Shown piece by piece: positions 8,068-17,183 of a stretch of DNA of 54,250 nucleotides (the stretch's first letter is position 1; every line of letters begins with the position of its first letter). Position numbers and translations under genes: made by a program. The notes beneath the pieces were generated by a model. That model saw nothing but the letters and a program-made list of their open reading frames with translations. It did not search any database and was not told the DNA's origin. Where the stretch lies: the NCBI GenBank assembly GCA_027319565.1, contig DAHVNA010000007.1, positions 1 through 54,250 of the forward strand. The letters are read 5' to 3'. The stretch is from Elusimicrobiota bacterium (GTDB lineage: Bacteria; Elusimicrobiota; Elusimicrobia; UBA1565; UBA9628).

Positions 8068-9885
8068 TTACGGATTTTTAGGCTTTTTTGAAAATGAATT
8101 GAGTAGGCAAGCCCGCCCTTCGCAAGCTTCTCTTAAGAAACTGACATAGTTCCAGGTCAGATCGCGGGCCGAGATCATCGCCCCGGTGTCCTTGTCGATT
8201 TGTTCCGATAGAGAGCCGTCCGGATTGGCGTAGCGGCGAACGGTCTCTAAATATCGCTTGCCTTCTTGTCGCAGCGCGCTTAAGATGGGGTCAAACAAAG
8301 AGCTTGAGCTTTCAATTTTGAGCCCCGGACGAAGATTTTCTTTTCCGGGAAAATCTAAATCTTTAAAAAAGGCGAGATTGCGATCCGTAACCGAGATAGA
8401 TCCTTGCGCCGCATAGTCTTCCGCTAAACGAAGATAAAACTGCCCAAAAGCGTTTGTTGAAATCACCCATGGGTTGCCGCCGAAATAGCGGTCCTCGGGG
8501 TAGCGCCCGATGCCAATGCCCGGCGCGTCCGCCCTGCGGTTGATAGGATAAAGGTTTTTAAAAACCTCCGCCATTTTGGCAACCGTTGAAAGCGCGCGGT
8601 CATCTAACGCCGAAAAAAAGCCGTCCTCAAAAGCCCCTTGTAAAATCGCCAAGATAACGCCGGAATCCATCCCGCTTTTTTTGTAATTAAATCCGGCGTC
8701 CTGGTCCAAGGTCTGAACGATGATTCCTTTTTCCTCATTCCAGTGCCTTTCAATTTCCGGCTTTAAAAGCGCCGCCTGCTGTTCGTAAAAATCGGCCGCG
8801 CCGGGGTCTTTCATCATGCGGGCCAGTTCCGCTCCGGATAAAAGAGCCTTTCTTTGAAGCATCCGGGTATAAAAATGATGTCCCTTGACTTCTTCCCAAA
8901 GGTCGTAGCTTGTTTGCTTCCAGAAATGAGACACATATTCCAAATCCGTTTTGATGACCGAAGAAGTGGGCAGTTTCCCATCATAGAGTTTGCGGGCCAA
9001 ACCCCATTGTCCCTCGGATATGAGAGTTTTGGCAAAGCGAATCAAGGCAATGGCCCGAATAGCCGGCCCATCGTCTTGCGGCCGCCCCCACGGACCGTTA
9101 AAGGGAGTTCCATCCATGTTAAATTTAGGTTCTCCTATCCCGGACAATGTCGGCGCAAGCTGATTAGAGCGTGAAAACCGAGCATAGTCTTTCATCATCT
9201 TCAAATAAAGGCGCTTGCGGGAATGATTGCGCTCGTTTTGATAAAGGGTCGCCACCGCATTCATCGTGAGTCCCGCGTCGCGCACCCAGTGATACCAATA
9301 ATCGGGGTTTTCTCTGGAAGGAGAAGCCGCCACCGCGCCCTTGGCCGCGCCTGTGGGAGAAATATTGAGCATCATCCGTTTTAAAGCCACGCCCTCTTCT
9401 TGGGAAACCCAGGCTTCTACCCCACTCTCTTGCGATGCGGAAGTTTGAGCGCCGTCAAAATCGATCTTGGGTTTTTTACGTCTTGAATTTAAAAGGCCTG
9501 TTTTCGCAGTCAAGCCGCCGGAGGGCAAGGATTTTAAGACCGTCCCCGAGTTCGCTGTTTGCCCCGATGCTCGATCCGACAAAGAAAGGTTTTGACCCTG
9601 TCTTGAGGGATCGGTCTTCGCGTCTTCGGATCCGACAGCCGAAATCAAGGCCGGGCTTGGCGCCAAATTCTCTAGTTGCCCTTGGGGCAAATCCGGCAAA
9701 GACGGAAAATCCGAGTGCAAAGAAACATCTTCAAGCGCCGGAGACAAAGGCGCTATTTCGCCCAGGGGTAAAGGAGCCTTTTCAGAAACCGGTCTTTCCT
9801 GAGAAAAAGCGGGAAGGGAAAGAAAAACCGCCAAGAAACTTCCGAAAAGGGCCTTTTTTTGAATTCCGAGATGAACCCGACTCAT
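8068..9885 (-). CDS. Secreted GH15 glucoamylase (fungal-type) with low-complexity N-terminal extension
   Basis: YHWVRDAGL, GEPKFN, WGRPQDDGPA, DLWEE, RYPED..GGNPW, LSEQ..SARDLTWNY. Confidence 0.93.
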   Translation of the reverse strand: MSRVHLGIQKKALFGSFLAVFLSLPAFSQERPVSEKAPLPLGEIAPLSPALEDVSLHSDFPSLPDLPQGQLENLAPSPALISAVGSEDAKTDPSRQGQNLSLSDRASGQTANSGTVLKSLPSGGLTAKTGLLNSRRKKPKIDFDGAQTSASQESGVEAWVSQEEGVALKRMMLNISPTGAAKGAVAASPSRENPDYWYHWVRDAGLTMNAVATLYQNERNHSRKRLYLKMMKDYARFSRSNQLAPTLSGIGEPKFNMDGTPFNGPWGRPQDDGPAIRAIALIRFAKTLISEGQWGLARKLYDGKLPTSSVIKTDLEYVSHFWKQTSYDLWEEVKGHHFYTRMLQRKALLSGAELARMMKDPGAADFYEQQAALLKPEIERHWNEEKGIIVQTLDQDAGFNYKKSGMDSGVILAILQGAFEDGFFSALDDRALSTVAKMAEVFKNLYPINRRADAPGIGIGRYPEDRYFGGNPWVISTNAFGQFYLRLAEDYAAQGSISVTDRNLAFFKDLDFPGKENLRPGLKIESSSSLFDPILSALRQEGKRYLETVRRYANPDGSLSEQIDKDTGAMISARDLTWNYVSFLREACEGRACLLNSFSKKPKNP

Positions 9886-9919
9886 GTTCTAGTTATAACA
9901 TCCCGGAAGACTCCGGGGA

Positions 9920-9958
9920 TGGGTCCAAAGGCCTAGAGGGCTTTCGACAAAAGACCTA
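9920..9958 (-). promoter_or_regulatory. Tandem palindromic operator boxes
   Basis: TGGGTCCAAAGGCCTA + TTCGACAAAAGACCTA (23-bp offset), 22 nt upstream of TATAAC -10 (9892-9897). Confidence 0.75.
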
Positions 9959-10038
9959 ATGCCTCTTCCATATAATTGTTTGACCAACGAAGTCAGGACT
10001 GCCTACTTTCAAAGCGACATTAAAAAAAAGAGCGAGTT

Positions 10039-10830
10039 TTAAATCTTTATCCCCAAATGGCCAAAAATCCAGCTAGTTCCTATGATGAAAGAACCTCCGA
10101 TGAATCCACTAAACACATTCCAACCTAAAAGAGCCGTCGGATGCGAAAAATCGGCCAAAATATGCCATATACAAAGCGCCAATAGAGATTGGGAAGAAAG
10201 GTAGAAAGAACTCAGAAAAATATTGGCGATAAGAAAGGCAATCAGGGTAAACCCGCCTTGATAGGAATGATAGGAAGAGATCAAAATTGCGGTTAGAAGG
10301 ATTACCGCCCAACGCCGCGTCGTCAGTTTCCCAATTTGGGCTAGAAGGTATACCCGCATAATCTCTTCAGAAATACCGTTGACTAGAGCAAACGTGCCAT
10401 TCAGTACGGTCTCTTCAGGAAGAGGGGTTGCGGAATGAAAATTAGTATGGGGAACATGGATTTGAGCGAGAGCGGCAACGACATCCCATAGAGTGAAGAA
10501 AAGATAATAGGCAAACCAGAGACCTACGCCCGCCATAATTTGTTTGATGATTGATAATTTACGGGAAGAGAGAGATAAATAAGACGGATCATGATCCCCG
10601 TAGACCAATAAAAAAGCGGCAAGGAGGCCAAGCGGGATGCTCGATTGAATTTGATTAAAAAATCCCCAAGGGGAATACAATCTCGCATAATCAAAACCTT
10701 GTTGTTTAAAGAAAAGAGAGTAGAAGCTCGATGATATGGCCGGAAGGAGAATAACAAAAAAAAATACCGCAATTTCAGCCCATTCCTTCTGAATAGGCGT
10801 TCTCTTTTTTCCCACCACTGATATTGCCAA
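10039..10830 (-). CDS. CPBP (CAAX protease/Abi) family intramembrane metalloprotease
   Basis: Multi-TM; EEIMR, SSYHSYQG, WH...D motifs. Confidence 0.85.
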   Translation of the reverse strand: MAISVVGKKRTPIQKEWAEIAVFFFVILLPAISSSFYSLFFKQQGFDYARLYSPWGFFNQIQSSIPLGLLAAFLLVYGDHDPSYLSLSSRKLSIIKQIMAGVGLWFAYYLFFTLWDVVAALAQIHVPHTNFHSATPLPEETVLNGTFALVNGISEEIMRVYLLAQIGKLTTRRWAVILLTAILISSYHSYQGGFTLIAFLIANIFLSSFYLSSQSLLALCIWHILADFSHPTALLGWNVFSGFIGGSFIIGTSWIFGHLGIKI

Positions 10831-10861
10831 AAAATACTCTACTTAAGAAAAAGAGAGTAAC

Positions 10862-11383
10862 TTATCCATGTTTTCTCGGATCTCCCTCTCCCCCCTGAGT
10901 GGTGCAATGGTAGGTGCATGACAACCAACAGGCACCGCTCCCATTACAGTCTTCAGAACACACCTGCCAACAGAGTCCCCCATCACCTGTCAGTTCGAAA
11001 TCCGCAATGCAACTATTCCCTGCGTTAGGTGGCAAAGAAAAAACTGAAACTGCATCGACAGTGTTACTTTTTACGCACAATGGGAGATGTGTATAGGTTT
11101 CTATATCGAATGACTGGTATTCTTGTTGTGGATCAGCCATTTTAACAGATGTATCTTTAACCGATTTCGTATTGAGGATTTGATTCCTAACCGCCTTTTT
11201 ATCTTCATGCCGAGCGCGCTCTCTCAAAGGAAGGACTCTTGCATTAACCGCTTTAAAGTCATTTTGAATATCCTTAGCAAAAGCGGCATCACTTCCAGTA
11301 TTTGCAGCCTGAGAGGAAAACGATAGGGACATTAACATTGCGAAAAAGGAGACAACTCCCATCAACTTTTTTTTGTTTTTCAT
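10862..11383 (-). CDS. Secreted protein with Cys-rich C-terminal domain
   Basis: GGGGAG RBS before ATG 11383; signal peptide MKNKKK..SQA; Cys cluster CWQVCSEDCNGSGACWLSCTYHC. Confidence 0.7.
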   Translation of the reverse strand: MKNKKKLMGVVSFFAMLMSLSFSSQAANTGSDAAFAKDIQNDFKAVNARVLPLRERARHEDKKAVRNQILNTKSVKDTSVKMADPQQEYQSFDIETYTHLPLCVKSNTVDAVSVFSLPPNAGNSCIADFELTGDGGLCWQVCSEDCNGSGACWLSCTYHCTTQGGEGDPRKHG

Positions 11384-11450
11384 CTTTGCTCCCCCATGTT
11401 CATTATGTTTCATCATGAGAAGAATATATCACGCATCTTTATTTCTCGCA

Positions 11451-11489
11451 TGGGTCCAAAGGCCTAGACGGCTTTCGACAAAGGACCTA
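11451..11489 (-). promoter_or_regulatory. Tandem palindromic operator boxes (near-identical to 9920-9958)
   Basis: TGGGTCCAAAGGCCTA + TTCGACAAAGGACCTA; 22 nt upstream of TATATT (11423-11428). Confidence 0.75.
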
Positions 11490-11504
11490 AGAAGAATCGC
11501 GCAA

Positions 11505-11717
11505 TCACAGGCTGTGAAAGACTGTTTCCGCCGTAAAAACCTGGACGCCACGGGAAACCCTGGAAGATGAGGCTAATCCGGCGCCAAACGGAAGAATTTT
11601 CACTTCCGAACCATTTCTGATTTTTTTTAGCATCTTGGGATTTTTTAAAATAAAGCGCACAAAGGCAAAGGTTTCGGCAATATCGGTTCTCATCTGCTCT
11701 CTTTCATGACTTGTCAT
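11505..11717 (-). CDS. DUF5647-like putative antitoxin
   Basis: FVRFILKNPKMLKKIRNGSEVKILP; ATGA overlap with upstream gene. Confidence 0.6.
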   Translation of the reverse strand: MTSHEREQMRTDIAETFAFVRFILKNPKMLKKIRNGSEVKILPFGAGLASSSRVSRGVQVFTAETVFHSL

Positions 11718-12040
11718 TGCATTTTCCTCGTTTTTATAAATTTCTCCACGTACCAATCCGCGCGATCCGTCAAGTCTTGTTCGGCATATTCTATGACTTC
11801 CTCCAACGTCCCCAGCTTCAACGATGTTTTCGCGATTTCACCACCCGTGAAGTCAAGAATATCGCGATGGGCAAAATCATGGGCATTGTCATAGCGGACG
11901 ACTGCCCTCCACCAGTTCTCAATATGTAACTCCAGTTGAACCATGAACTCCAATATTTTCCCCCTCGACGTTTGAATCCGAAAGCGCAACCTCTTATTGC
12001 CAGCAGATCCAATCAGTTTGAAGAAAAACTTTTCCCCCAT
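11714..12040 (-). CDS. DUF7718/TumE(DUF6516)-like putative toxin
   Basis: VVRYDNAHDFAHRD motif; TATAAT at 12048-12053. Confidence 0.65.
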   Translation of the reverse strand: MGEKFFFKLIGSAGNKRLRFRIQTSRGKILEFMVQLELHIENWWRAVVRYDNAHDFAHRDILDFTGGEIAKTSLKLGTLEEVIEYAEQDLTDRADWYVEKFIKTRKMQ

Positions 12041-12151
12041 GTTTAAGATTATAATATTTCGCTAAATTCCGGGCATTCCTCTCTCAATCGTCCATTGAAT
12101 CTCTCAATAAAGGCGTTTTCCGTAGGTTTTCCAGGATTAATAAAGTCGAGC

Positions 12152-13600
12152 CTAATGCCGCGCGCGATCCTGAGACAAAAAGCCCGCATAATTCCAGGTT
12201 AAATTCTGAGCGGAAACCATGCGTCCGGTCTTGCGATCGATCTGTTCCGACAGCGTCCCGTCAGGATTGGCATAGCGGCGCACTACCGCCATAAAACTAT
12301 CCCCTTTGCGGCGAAGAGCCCCAATCAGAATTTGAAACAGCGGATCCGGAGCGCGGAGAACCTCGCCTGGCTTTAAAGCCGAGACAAACTTATGCTTAAG
12401 CGGCAAGGCTTTAAAAAAAGAAAGATTTCGGGGAGTGAGCGCGATTGAACCCTTCTTGGAATAATCGGCGGCGAGAGTCCAGTAGAATTGGCTAAAGGCC
12501 TCGGTGTTTAAAACCCAGGGGTTCCCGTTGTCAGGCTTAAACACATTGGTCCCGTTGTAACGATCCTCGGGATACCGTCCAATGGCGATTCCCAGGGCTT
12601 TTCTTTGACGATTAATCGGATAAATCTTTTTAAAGACATTTTCAAGCGCCAAGGCCGTGGCTAAAACGCGATCATCTTCCGGAGAAAAAAATCCGTCATG
12701 GGTATTTCCCATCAAGACCGCCAAAATGACGGAGGAGTCCAGCCCGCTGTTTTTATAGCGCATATTGGTCTGGTTAACCGTCGGCATGATAAAACCGCGG
12801 CCCGAATTCCAATGTTTTGAAATCTCAAGCTCAAGGGATTTAGCCTCATTCTTATAGAAAAGAGCGCGGGGAAAATCTCCCAGTTTTTGGGCAAGGCGAG
12901 ATCCCTTAAGCAAGGCTTTTCGCTCAAGCACCTGGGTAAAGAAATGAAAGCCGAAAGACTCTTCCCATAAATCATAACAAGGCTCTTTCCAATGAGTGGA
13001 AATGTAGTCGAGGTCTTTTCCGATGAGGGAATTTTGCGGGAATTTAGGATCGTAAAGGTTGAGGACGCTTTTTTGATCTCCCGCTTTTTCTAATAGAGAA
13101 GCCCAATGGAGAAAGGTTATCGCCCTTAAGGCGGGACCGTCGTTTTGAGGCCGGGCCCAAGGACCGTTGAAGGGAGAGCCGTTCATATTGAACTTGGGTT
13201 CTCCCAATCCGGTTTTCGCTTTCGACTTTTGATTGAGCCGGGAAAAAGCGGCGTAGTTTTTAAGCATTTGAGTCTCAATCTGCCTTTCTTCCGGAGTCTC
13301 AAAGCCTTCAAGCCGGTAAACCAGTTCATTCATCGTAATCGCCGCGTCTCGAATCCAGTGATACCAATAATCTGGGTTTTGTTTTGAGGGAGAAGCAGCC
13401 ACCGCGCCCAAGGCTCCCCCTTTAGGCGAAATATTGGCGAACATTCTTTTGACGGCGACTGCCTTTTCGCGATTAAGCCAGGAAGACAACGGCTCTTTTT
13501 TTTTGGCGAGAGCCGGAATGGAAACAAAAAGACAAAGCGCAATCAGAAGCGACTTTCGAGGGCTTATTTTTTTGAGATCAGAAAATGAAGGGAACGCCAT
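12152..13600 (-). CDS. Secreted GH15 glucoamylase (fungal-type), paralogue 2
   Basis: YHWIRDAA, WARPQNDGPA, DLWEE, RYPEDRY..GNPW, LSEQ..LTWNY; AGGAG RBS before ATG 13600. Confidence 0.93.
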   Translation of the reverse strand: MAFPSFSDLKKISPRKSLLIALCLFVSIPALAKKKEPLSSWLNREKAVAVKRMFANISPKGGALGAVAASPSKQNPDYWYHWIRDAAITMNELVYRLEGFETPEERQIETQMLKNYAAFSRLNQKSKAKTGLGEPKFNMNGSPFNGPWARPQNDGPALRAITFLHWASLLEKAGDQKSVLNLYDPKFPQNSLIGKDLDYISTHWKEPCYDLWEESFGFHFFTQVLERKALLKGSRLAQKLGDFPRALFYKNEAKSLELEISKHWNSGRGFIMPTVNQTNMRYKNSGLDSSVILAVLMGNTHDGFFSPEDDRVLATALALENVFKKIYPINRQRKALGIAIGRYPEDRYNGTNVFKPDNGNPWVLNTEAFSQFYWTLAADYSKKGSIALTPRNLSFFKALPLKHKFVSALKPGEVLRAPDPLFQILIGALRRKGDSFMAVVRRYANPDGTLSEQIDRKTGRMVSAQNLTWNYAGFLSQDRARH

Positions 13601-16600
13601 AGTGAAGACTCCTTGAAATGTTTTTGGTTTCGTTTGAGCGCGTAGTAAAGAAAAGAAAGAGCCGAGGCTGACAAGATTGCCAAATACGGCCAGGCGCCGA
13701 CCAAGCCGTGCAAGGACAAACTGAGGAAAACGCCAAGCCCACCCACCAGCACCGCCCAAGCGCTCCCCACAAACCAGATCCTGTTTTGCGTCATAATCGC
13801 CCTAGGCAGCATCAGGAGATTCCCCATGGCCCCCATCAGGAAACTCGGTAACGAAAGGCCGTGCATGCCGACCGCATTACTCCAGATGCTGTGAATTTGG
13901 GCGAGCGGCATGAACATAAATAAGAAAGTGGCCAGCCAAGCGCCGAAAGAAGACCAATGGTTCTGCCATTTCTTAGAGAGTTTTCCGTACCTCTCGGCGA
14001 TCATAAAACCAAGCCCGGACAAAGCCGCCACTCCCCCTAAAGCGAAAGGCAAAACGCCTAAAGAAGCATGGGCAAACATGGAAGCGACGCCGGCGGGAAG
14101 AAGAAAAAGCCCGAGAAGAGACAAACCCTTTTGCCAGGCGCCCCAAACCGGGATACCCGCTATTTTTTCCGGCAGATGCCCCGACCATTTTAAGGCATTA
14201 ATAGCCAGATGAGACAAGATCAAAGGAAAAGCCGCAAAATAAATCGCCGCGGGCATAAAACCCGCCAAAGCGACCTGGCTGAGCATAAGGCTTGCCATCA
14301 CCACTCCTATGGTTTGCACCACAGCCGGCGGATATTCTTTGCTTCCAATAAAATAAGACATTAAAATAGAGTCGGCCAAAATCCCCGACAGAACTCCTAT
14401 AAAGGGAATGCCCGAGATAGCGGACAGATGCCCAGCAGAAACGCCAAAGAAATGAACCAGCGCTTTTAACAAAGGATGCGCCGCCGCGAGATTGACGGTA
14501 TTGGCCCAAATCTGCGGAAACTGTAAAAGCCCAAAAATGCCCCAAGAGGCTTCGACAAAGCGCTGGGTTTTTTCATCCCAAGAAAGCGGCGCTTTTTTCG
14601 TTCCAGAGGAACCCTTTTGAACTTCTTCAACTTCAAAAAGCTGCGTTTGACCCGCGTCAAGCCCGATATAAAGGCCGCTTTTGAGCATATCCGCTCCGCT
14701 GCGAGTGTAGACGACGGGAGTTCCATCTTTCTGAAGATGCAAAACATCCCGCAAAAGGTAATCGCGGTCCGCGCGCGGCTTAAAAGCCCCGAAGGCTTCT
14801 AGCGTCGGAGAATCCATATTAAAAAACGCGCCGGATCTCCCGCCGAAATTAGAAGCTCCGATCAGGGCTTTTTGAACTCCATTTTCCGAGTATCCCGAAG
14901 ACCAAGCGACGATGGAAGTGGGGCTCTGCGGAGACAAAACCTCGAGGGCTTTTCCCAGCACTCCTTTGTATTTTTCTCCCATGTCCCAGAGAGTCTCCAG
15001 ATATTTTTGATTCTCGGGATTGGAATTTTTCCAGTTGATTAGAACGGGAATATCAAAGGGAATCGCCTTTTGCGTGTCCTGGGATTTTGAGAGATCGCCA
15101 ATAAGGTTTTCGGCCTGTCCCACGCCTTGTTCCAGTCCGTTATAGGTCAAAAGCGGACGGAATAAGAGCGCGGTCAGGGCCGCGGCCTTAAAATAGCGCC
15201 CGAATTTATCAATGGGATTTCCTTCTCCCCCATCATGGGTTCCGATAAAATTAAGCTCTCCGGCGCCGCCTTTCTGCCACATCCGGAAAGACACGTTTTT
15301 TAAGGCCTCTCGGAGAATATCCACCGAACCCCCAGAAGAAGCCGAAACCATCGCGTCATAAAGCCCATATTGCCCGCGGCTCCCATCGTGGGTATTTTTA
15401 TTATAGACCGCGCTCGAACCCGCCCGGGACAAGTCGCTAAAATTGGTATAGGCCTCGTCAAAAAGAGCGGCGGAGGAATTTTCTTTCCTCGCGGTTTGGG
15501 CCATTTGGGCCATGAATTCCGCGCCATTGAGTTTTTGCCAGCGCGCTTTAAAATCCTCGATAAACTGGGTCAAGGCCTCTCGCATCCAGCCTTGAGATGA
15601 GTCTCGTTCATGCTCCAGAATAAAAAGCCATCTGGGGAAATAACGGGCGTTCAAAATTTCATAAGCCATGTCGCGGCGGACGAAATTGAGGCTCCAGGGC
15701 CCGAACATTTTACTGGTCTGGTCTAATTCCCATTGCCGGGTCTCGGGGCGGCTGTAATCCATCTGCGCCAAATCCGTCCACATGTCTCCGCCGTAATCGG
15801 TAATCGGATACTGAACGAGGATTTTCTTGGAAACATACCCGCCGTTTTCGGGATAGTGATCGGTATGCAGAAGATAAAACGCGGGTTTCCCGTTGTGGAG
15901 AGGAACCTGGGCCATGATTTCCTCATCGCTCAGATTTTGCGGGGGCACGACATTCATCACTCCCTCGGGAAATTCCTTAATAAAATCGCTGTCTAATGAA
16001 ACGTGGTTTGGAATAAAGTCAACTCCCACTTTAATCCCCATTTTTTGGGCGCGCGCGATCAGATTTTTAAGGCCTTCGTCCCCGCCAAGTTCAGGTTTGA
16101 CGCGGTATCCCTTAATCGAATAAGCCGATCCCCCGCCGGTTCCCCAGCGGTGAACTTCCCCAATTTCAAAAATATCCATCAACCACAGCGCATTGGCCTT
16201 GATTTTATCCTTGATTCGAGACAATTCAGCCTCATCCAGCGAATCAAGAAAGTTCTCGCCGGGCTTGAGGCGATTATAAGCGCGAGCGAAAATAAGATAG
16301 ATGGAAGCCTGTTTGGCCCACAAAGAAGGATCTAAAAGCTCTAATTGAGATTGATAACTTGAAACGACGGAAATGAGCCACTCGTTTAAGCGCGCGTTTT
16401 TCTCGGAAGGCGCCGCCACGGATGAATGAATTTTTTCAAGAGACTCCAAATCGGAAGCGGCCCAGCCCATTGGAGACAACAAAGAATCGAGATAATGAAA
16501 ATAATCCTCCAACTGCTCTAAATTTCCCTGTCCGCTCTTTTCCAATTCCAGCTTGGAATAGAGAAAACCCTCCAGGCCTTCATCCCTGGCCGAAGCCCAT

Positions 16601-17175
16601 TGCCCGGAGGGAAGATGAAACGAAAAGGGACTTAAACTCTGTCCGGGAAGTTTGGGGCCATCCGACAAAACGCCTTTGAGTTCCGAAACGCTGGCAAAAG
16701 CGTCTAAATCCAATCGGCGTGACCCGCCGTCTCCGTCAAAATCAACCGCGGAAACGCCCCGGAAATTGATCCGCTTGTGGTTTAAGTCTAGAAGAGTCCT
16801 TGGGCGACCTTGATTTTCGCTGGGACTCTCCGGATTCCGGGGCGGGTTTTGAAGCGCATTGGAAGTATTTCTTTGGCCGGATGTCGATTTAGATTTTTCC
16901 GGAGCGGCTCTTAAAGACAAATCTTTTAACGGTCCGGCTGAGGGCGCGGAGGCGGGCAAAACAAGAGCCTGGGAAGGCAGTGAGTCTTGGTTTACAATTC
17001 CCTCCATTGAAATATTTTGAGGGAGATTTGATTCCGCAGAGAGAGATATATTTATCCGCTCAGGAGAAGCGGGTTCAAAATTAGACCGAAGAGCGGAGGC
17101 AAAGACGGGAGAATTAATGCCACTGCCGACAAAAACCAAGACCGCGCACAAAAAAGTCGTCGTTTTTTTAATCAT
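13564..17175 (-). CDS. GH13 alpha-amylase fused to a C-terminal MEX1-like (maltose transporter) membrane domain
   Basis: Signal peptide; GH13 regions VDFIPNH, FVRRDMA, FDEAY, GTHD; residues ~866-1203 polytopic, with WDEKTQRF/LQFPQI/AVVQTIGV/WLATFLFMFMPLAQ/GNLLMLPRA. Confidence 0.88.
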   Translation of the reverse strand: MIKKTTTFLCAVLVFVGSGINSPVFASALRSNFEPASPERINISLSAESNLPQNISMEGIVNQDSLPSQALVLPASAPSAGPLKDLSLRAAPEKSKSTSGQRNTSNALQNPPRNPESPSENQGRPRTLLDLNHKRINFRGVSAVDFDGDGGSRRLDLDAFASVSELKGVLSDGPKLPGQSLSPFSFHLPSGQWASARDEGLEGFLYSKLELEKSGQGNLEQLEDYFHYLDSLLSPMGWAASDLESLEKIHSSVAAPSEKNARLNEWLISVVSSYQSQLELLDPSLWAKQASIYLIFARAYNRLKPGENFLDSLDEAELSRIKDKIKANALWLMDIFEIGEVHRWGTGGGSAYSIKGYRVKPELGGDEGLKNLIARAQKMGIKVGVDFIPNHVSLDSDFIKEFPEGVMNVVPPQNLSDEEIMAQVPLHNGKPAFYLLHTDHYPENGGYVSKKILVQYPITDYGGDMWTDLAQMDYSRPETRQWELDQTSKMFGPWSLNFVRRDMAYEILNARYFPRWLFILEHERDSSQGWMREALTQFIEDFKARWQKLNGAEFMAQMAQTARKENSSAALFDEAYTNFSDLSRAGSSAVYNKNTHDGSRGQYGLYDAMVSASSGGSVDILREALKNVSFRMWQKGGAGELNFIGTHDGGEGNPIDKFGRYFKAAALTALLFRPLLTYNGLEQGVGQAENLIGDLSKSQDTQKAIPFDIPVLINWKNSNPENQKYLETLWDMGEKYKGVLGKALEVLSPQSPTSIVAWSSGYSENGVQKALIGASNFGGRSGAFFNMDSPTLEAFGAFKPRADRDYLLRDVLHLQKDGTPVVYTRSGADMLKSGLYIGLDAGQTQLFEVEEVQKGSSGTKKAPLSWDEKTQRFVEASWGIFGLLQFPQIWANTVNLAAAHPLLKALVHFFGVSAGHLSAISGIPFIGVLSGILADSILMSYFIGSKEYPPAVVQTIGVVMASLMLSQVALAGFMPAAIYFAAFPLILSHLAINALKWSGHLPEKIAGIPVWGAWQKGLSLLGLFLLPAGVASMFAHASLGVLPFALGGVAALSGLGFMIAERYGKLSKKWQNHWSSFGAWLATFLFMFMPLAQIHSIWSNAVGMHGLSLPSFLMGAMGNLLMLPRAIMTQNRIWFVGSAWAVLVGGLGVFLSLSLHGLVGAWPYLAILSASALSFLYYALKRNQKHFKESSLWRSLHFLISKK

Positions 17176-17183
17176 AACAGCGC

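Noticed and set aside
13601..13759. Extended N-terminus of glucoamylase 2
   Set aside because: Overlaps the MEX1-like domain; ATG 13600 has an SD and gives a signal peptide
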